From: Candidatus Saccharimonadota bacterium
GTDB taxonomy: Archaea > Nanohalarchaeota > Nanosalinia > Nanosalinales > Nanosalinaceae
Reading direction: 5' to 3'
Assembly (NCBI GenBank): GCA_001761425.1
Contig: CP012986.1
Span: 270,001-302,000, forward strand
Length of the DNA: 32,000 nt
Below the pieces are notes generated by a model that had not been told where the DNA came from, ran no database searches, and saw nothing but the letters and a program-made list of their open reading frames with translations. The position numbers were made by a program, and so were the translations under genes. Of the stretch, positions 30,650 to 32,000 are shown in pieces. Numbering within the stretch: the stretch's first letter is position 1; each line of letters begins with the position of its first letter.

Positions 30650-32000
30650 TCAGTCCCTGATCTCGGATTTTCCCGGCGGTAAAGCTCTGATAATGTAGTC
30701 CAGTTCGAGTTCCCTGTTTAAACGGGACTGAATTGTCTTCGCCAGATCCGACTTCTTTTCGTGTCCAGGCCTTAGAGATAGGTAGTTACCGCAGTGTTTC
30801 TTCACTGCGGATTCAGGTCCGCACATCGGAACTTTGTGATCCTCTATCTCGTAGACTCCGATAGAGGCCTCGACTGACATATTTCTCATGTAGGTTCTGT
30901 CCCCCCGGATTACGAAGGCGCCTTTCTGCAGGTACTCTCCTGACTCGGCCTCTTCGGTGACCTGTTCTGGGTCGACATAGTAGACGTCATCAGCGCCTAT
31001 GCCAGCCTTCCAGGTCTTTGCGAACGTGACAGCAGCCTTCGCAGCCTCCTCTCGCGTCGCCTCTCCACATTCCTGACCTTCCTTGACTACGACACTGGGC
31101 GCGCCGTCAAAGTCTGCGTGGAAGTAGAGATCGTTCTTCTCCATGTGTTTGTTGACCAGCATATCGTTGGTCTGAGCATCTCTACCGGCAAGAACCAGGT
31201 AGCCTTCGGAGGACTTGAACCAGCGGTATTTCTCGTACCATTCTTTTTCACGTTTCTCGGTCTTATCCTCCATCACTTCCTCAAGCTCTATATCCTCCTT
31301 CTTCAATTCCTCAAGCTCTTTTTCCGTCTCTTTCAAGGCCTCTTCGACTGAGTCAATCTTTGACTCGGAGTTCTTCGCCTTATCGTAGTACCGGGAAGCT
31401 ATAGCCTCCAGATCCTCGTCCAAAGTAAGTTTTATCTTCATCCCGTCAACTGAGACAGAGATAAACTCGTCCTGCTCATTCAGGGAATTAATGCGGTCCG
31501 TCATAGGCCTTTCTGACTCTTCAAGCATCTCCTCGGTCTCCTTCCAGCCGTGTTTCTCAACTCCTTTACTTGCTGCTTCCTGGATCTCCTCCAGAATCTG
31601 ATAGTTCTCATAGACCAGTTCGGCCTTTTCACGGTTCTGCTCCGCGGACTTTTTTAGGCCTTTCTTCTTCCGCTTCTGCTGTTCTAGTTTTCTTTCAATA
31701 CCTTCCTTTCTTTCTTTATAGGCCTTTTTCTTCTGTCTCTCCTCTTTCCTCTGCTCTTTTCTGTAGAAAAACTCGTCTAAGGCCTCTGAGAATTTTTCGA
31801 ATTCTTCGCTGTTGTATTTGTCGTAGGTCTGTAACGGGAACGGTGTCGCGCGCTCCATTCTTTCCCCGTCCTTGTAGAGGATTGGTTCTGGCTTGTCTGC
31901 TGATTCAAAGATTTTTCTGATCTCCTCTTCTGTCCTTTCTTTTTCTTCTCCGCTGAGACTTGAAATCTCCGTGTTTTTCTCGATCTCTGCCCGGGCGCAG
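30650..32000 (-). CDS. NFACT / RqcH (FbpA-like, DUF814-containing) ribosome-quality-control protein; 5' end lies outside the window
   Basis: The frame stays open upstream of the track's Met (31858) to the window edge (..ARAEIEKNTEISSLSGEEKERTEEEIRKIFESADKPEPILYKDGERMERATPF..). A coiled-coil middle region is followed by WFKSSEGYLVLAGRDAQTNDMLVNKHMEKNDLYFHADFDGAPSVVVK, the NFACT-R/DUF814 signature. Confidence 0.8.
   Translation of the reverse strand, partial: CARAEIEKNTEISSLSGEEKERTEEEIRKIFESADKPEPILYKDGERMERATPFPLQTYDKYNSEEFEKFSEALDEFFYRKEQRKEERQKKKAYKERKEGIERKLEQQKRKKKGLKKSAEQNREKAELVYENYQILEEIQEAASKGVEKHGWKETEEMLEESERPMTDRINSLNEQDEFISVSVDGMKIKLTLDEDLEAIASRYYDKAKNSESKIDSVEEALKETEKELEELKKEDIELEEVMEDKTEKREKEWYEKYRWFKSSEGYLVLAGRDAQTNDMLVNKHMEKNDLYFHADFDGAPSVVVKEGQECGEATREEAAKAAVTFAKTWKAGIGADDVYYVDPEQVTEEAESGEYLQKGAFVIRGDRTYMRNMSVEASIGVYEIEDHKVPMCGPESAVKKHCGNYLSLRPGHEKKSDLAKTIQSRLNRELELDYIIRALPPGKSEIRD

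Noticed and set aside
1-32000. Looked for transposases, integrases, toxin-antitoxin pairs, restriction-modification genes, Cas genes and known defence-system ATPases or nucleases.
   Set aside because: None is recognisable in any of the six frames. The KaiC-like ATPases lack associated nuclease or effector domains, so I do not call them a defence system.

Overview
Gene-dense 32-kb window that looks archaeal and halophilic. The predicted proteins are very acidic, the tRNA has no encoded CCA, and TATA-like boxes sit about 27-30 nt upstream of start codons. GC is roughly mid-40s % by eye. A small-genome halophilic archaeon (DPANN / Nanohaloarchaeota-like) is my inference, not a demonstrated assignment. 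The left ~19 kb (2-18911) is a cell-surface locus. It holds a 5'-truncated beta-helix surface protein, a small secreted lamin-tail-domain protein translationally coupled to an acidic membrane-anchored protein, and a divergent KaiC-like ATPase cassette (C2H2 Zn-finger-KaiC fusion, a P-loop-less KaiC-like paralogue and two small 3-TM proteins). It also holds an uninterrupted 12.2-kb gene for a 4,057-aa surface protein, followed 4 nt later by a coiled-coil membrane protein that is a stand-alone paralogue of the giant protein's stalk/TM/tail. The right ~13 kb is a nucleotide-metabolism island. It contains thyA, an unknown ORF and folA (overlapping or near-abutting genes); a BI-1-like gene, Nudix, Nudix-Nudix-MazG and glyA; a tmk-like kinase; and an HD hydrolase. 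Interspersed are a DedA/TVP38 membrane protein and a minimal histidine-kinase-like ATPase. These are followed by hypothetical membrane and secreted proteins, a tRNA-Pro(GGG) with a nearby duplicate of its 3' end, and a 5'-truncated NFACT/RqcH-like gene. The most unusual whole-window signal is the palindromic hexamer AGGCCT. I count about 124 copies by eye, against a zero-order expectation of roughly 6-8. They fall in all codon phases, in genes on both strands and in spacers, with a few kb-scale gaps. No CRISPR array, rRNA, transposase or integrase was seen.
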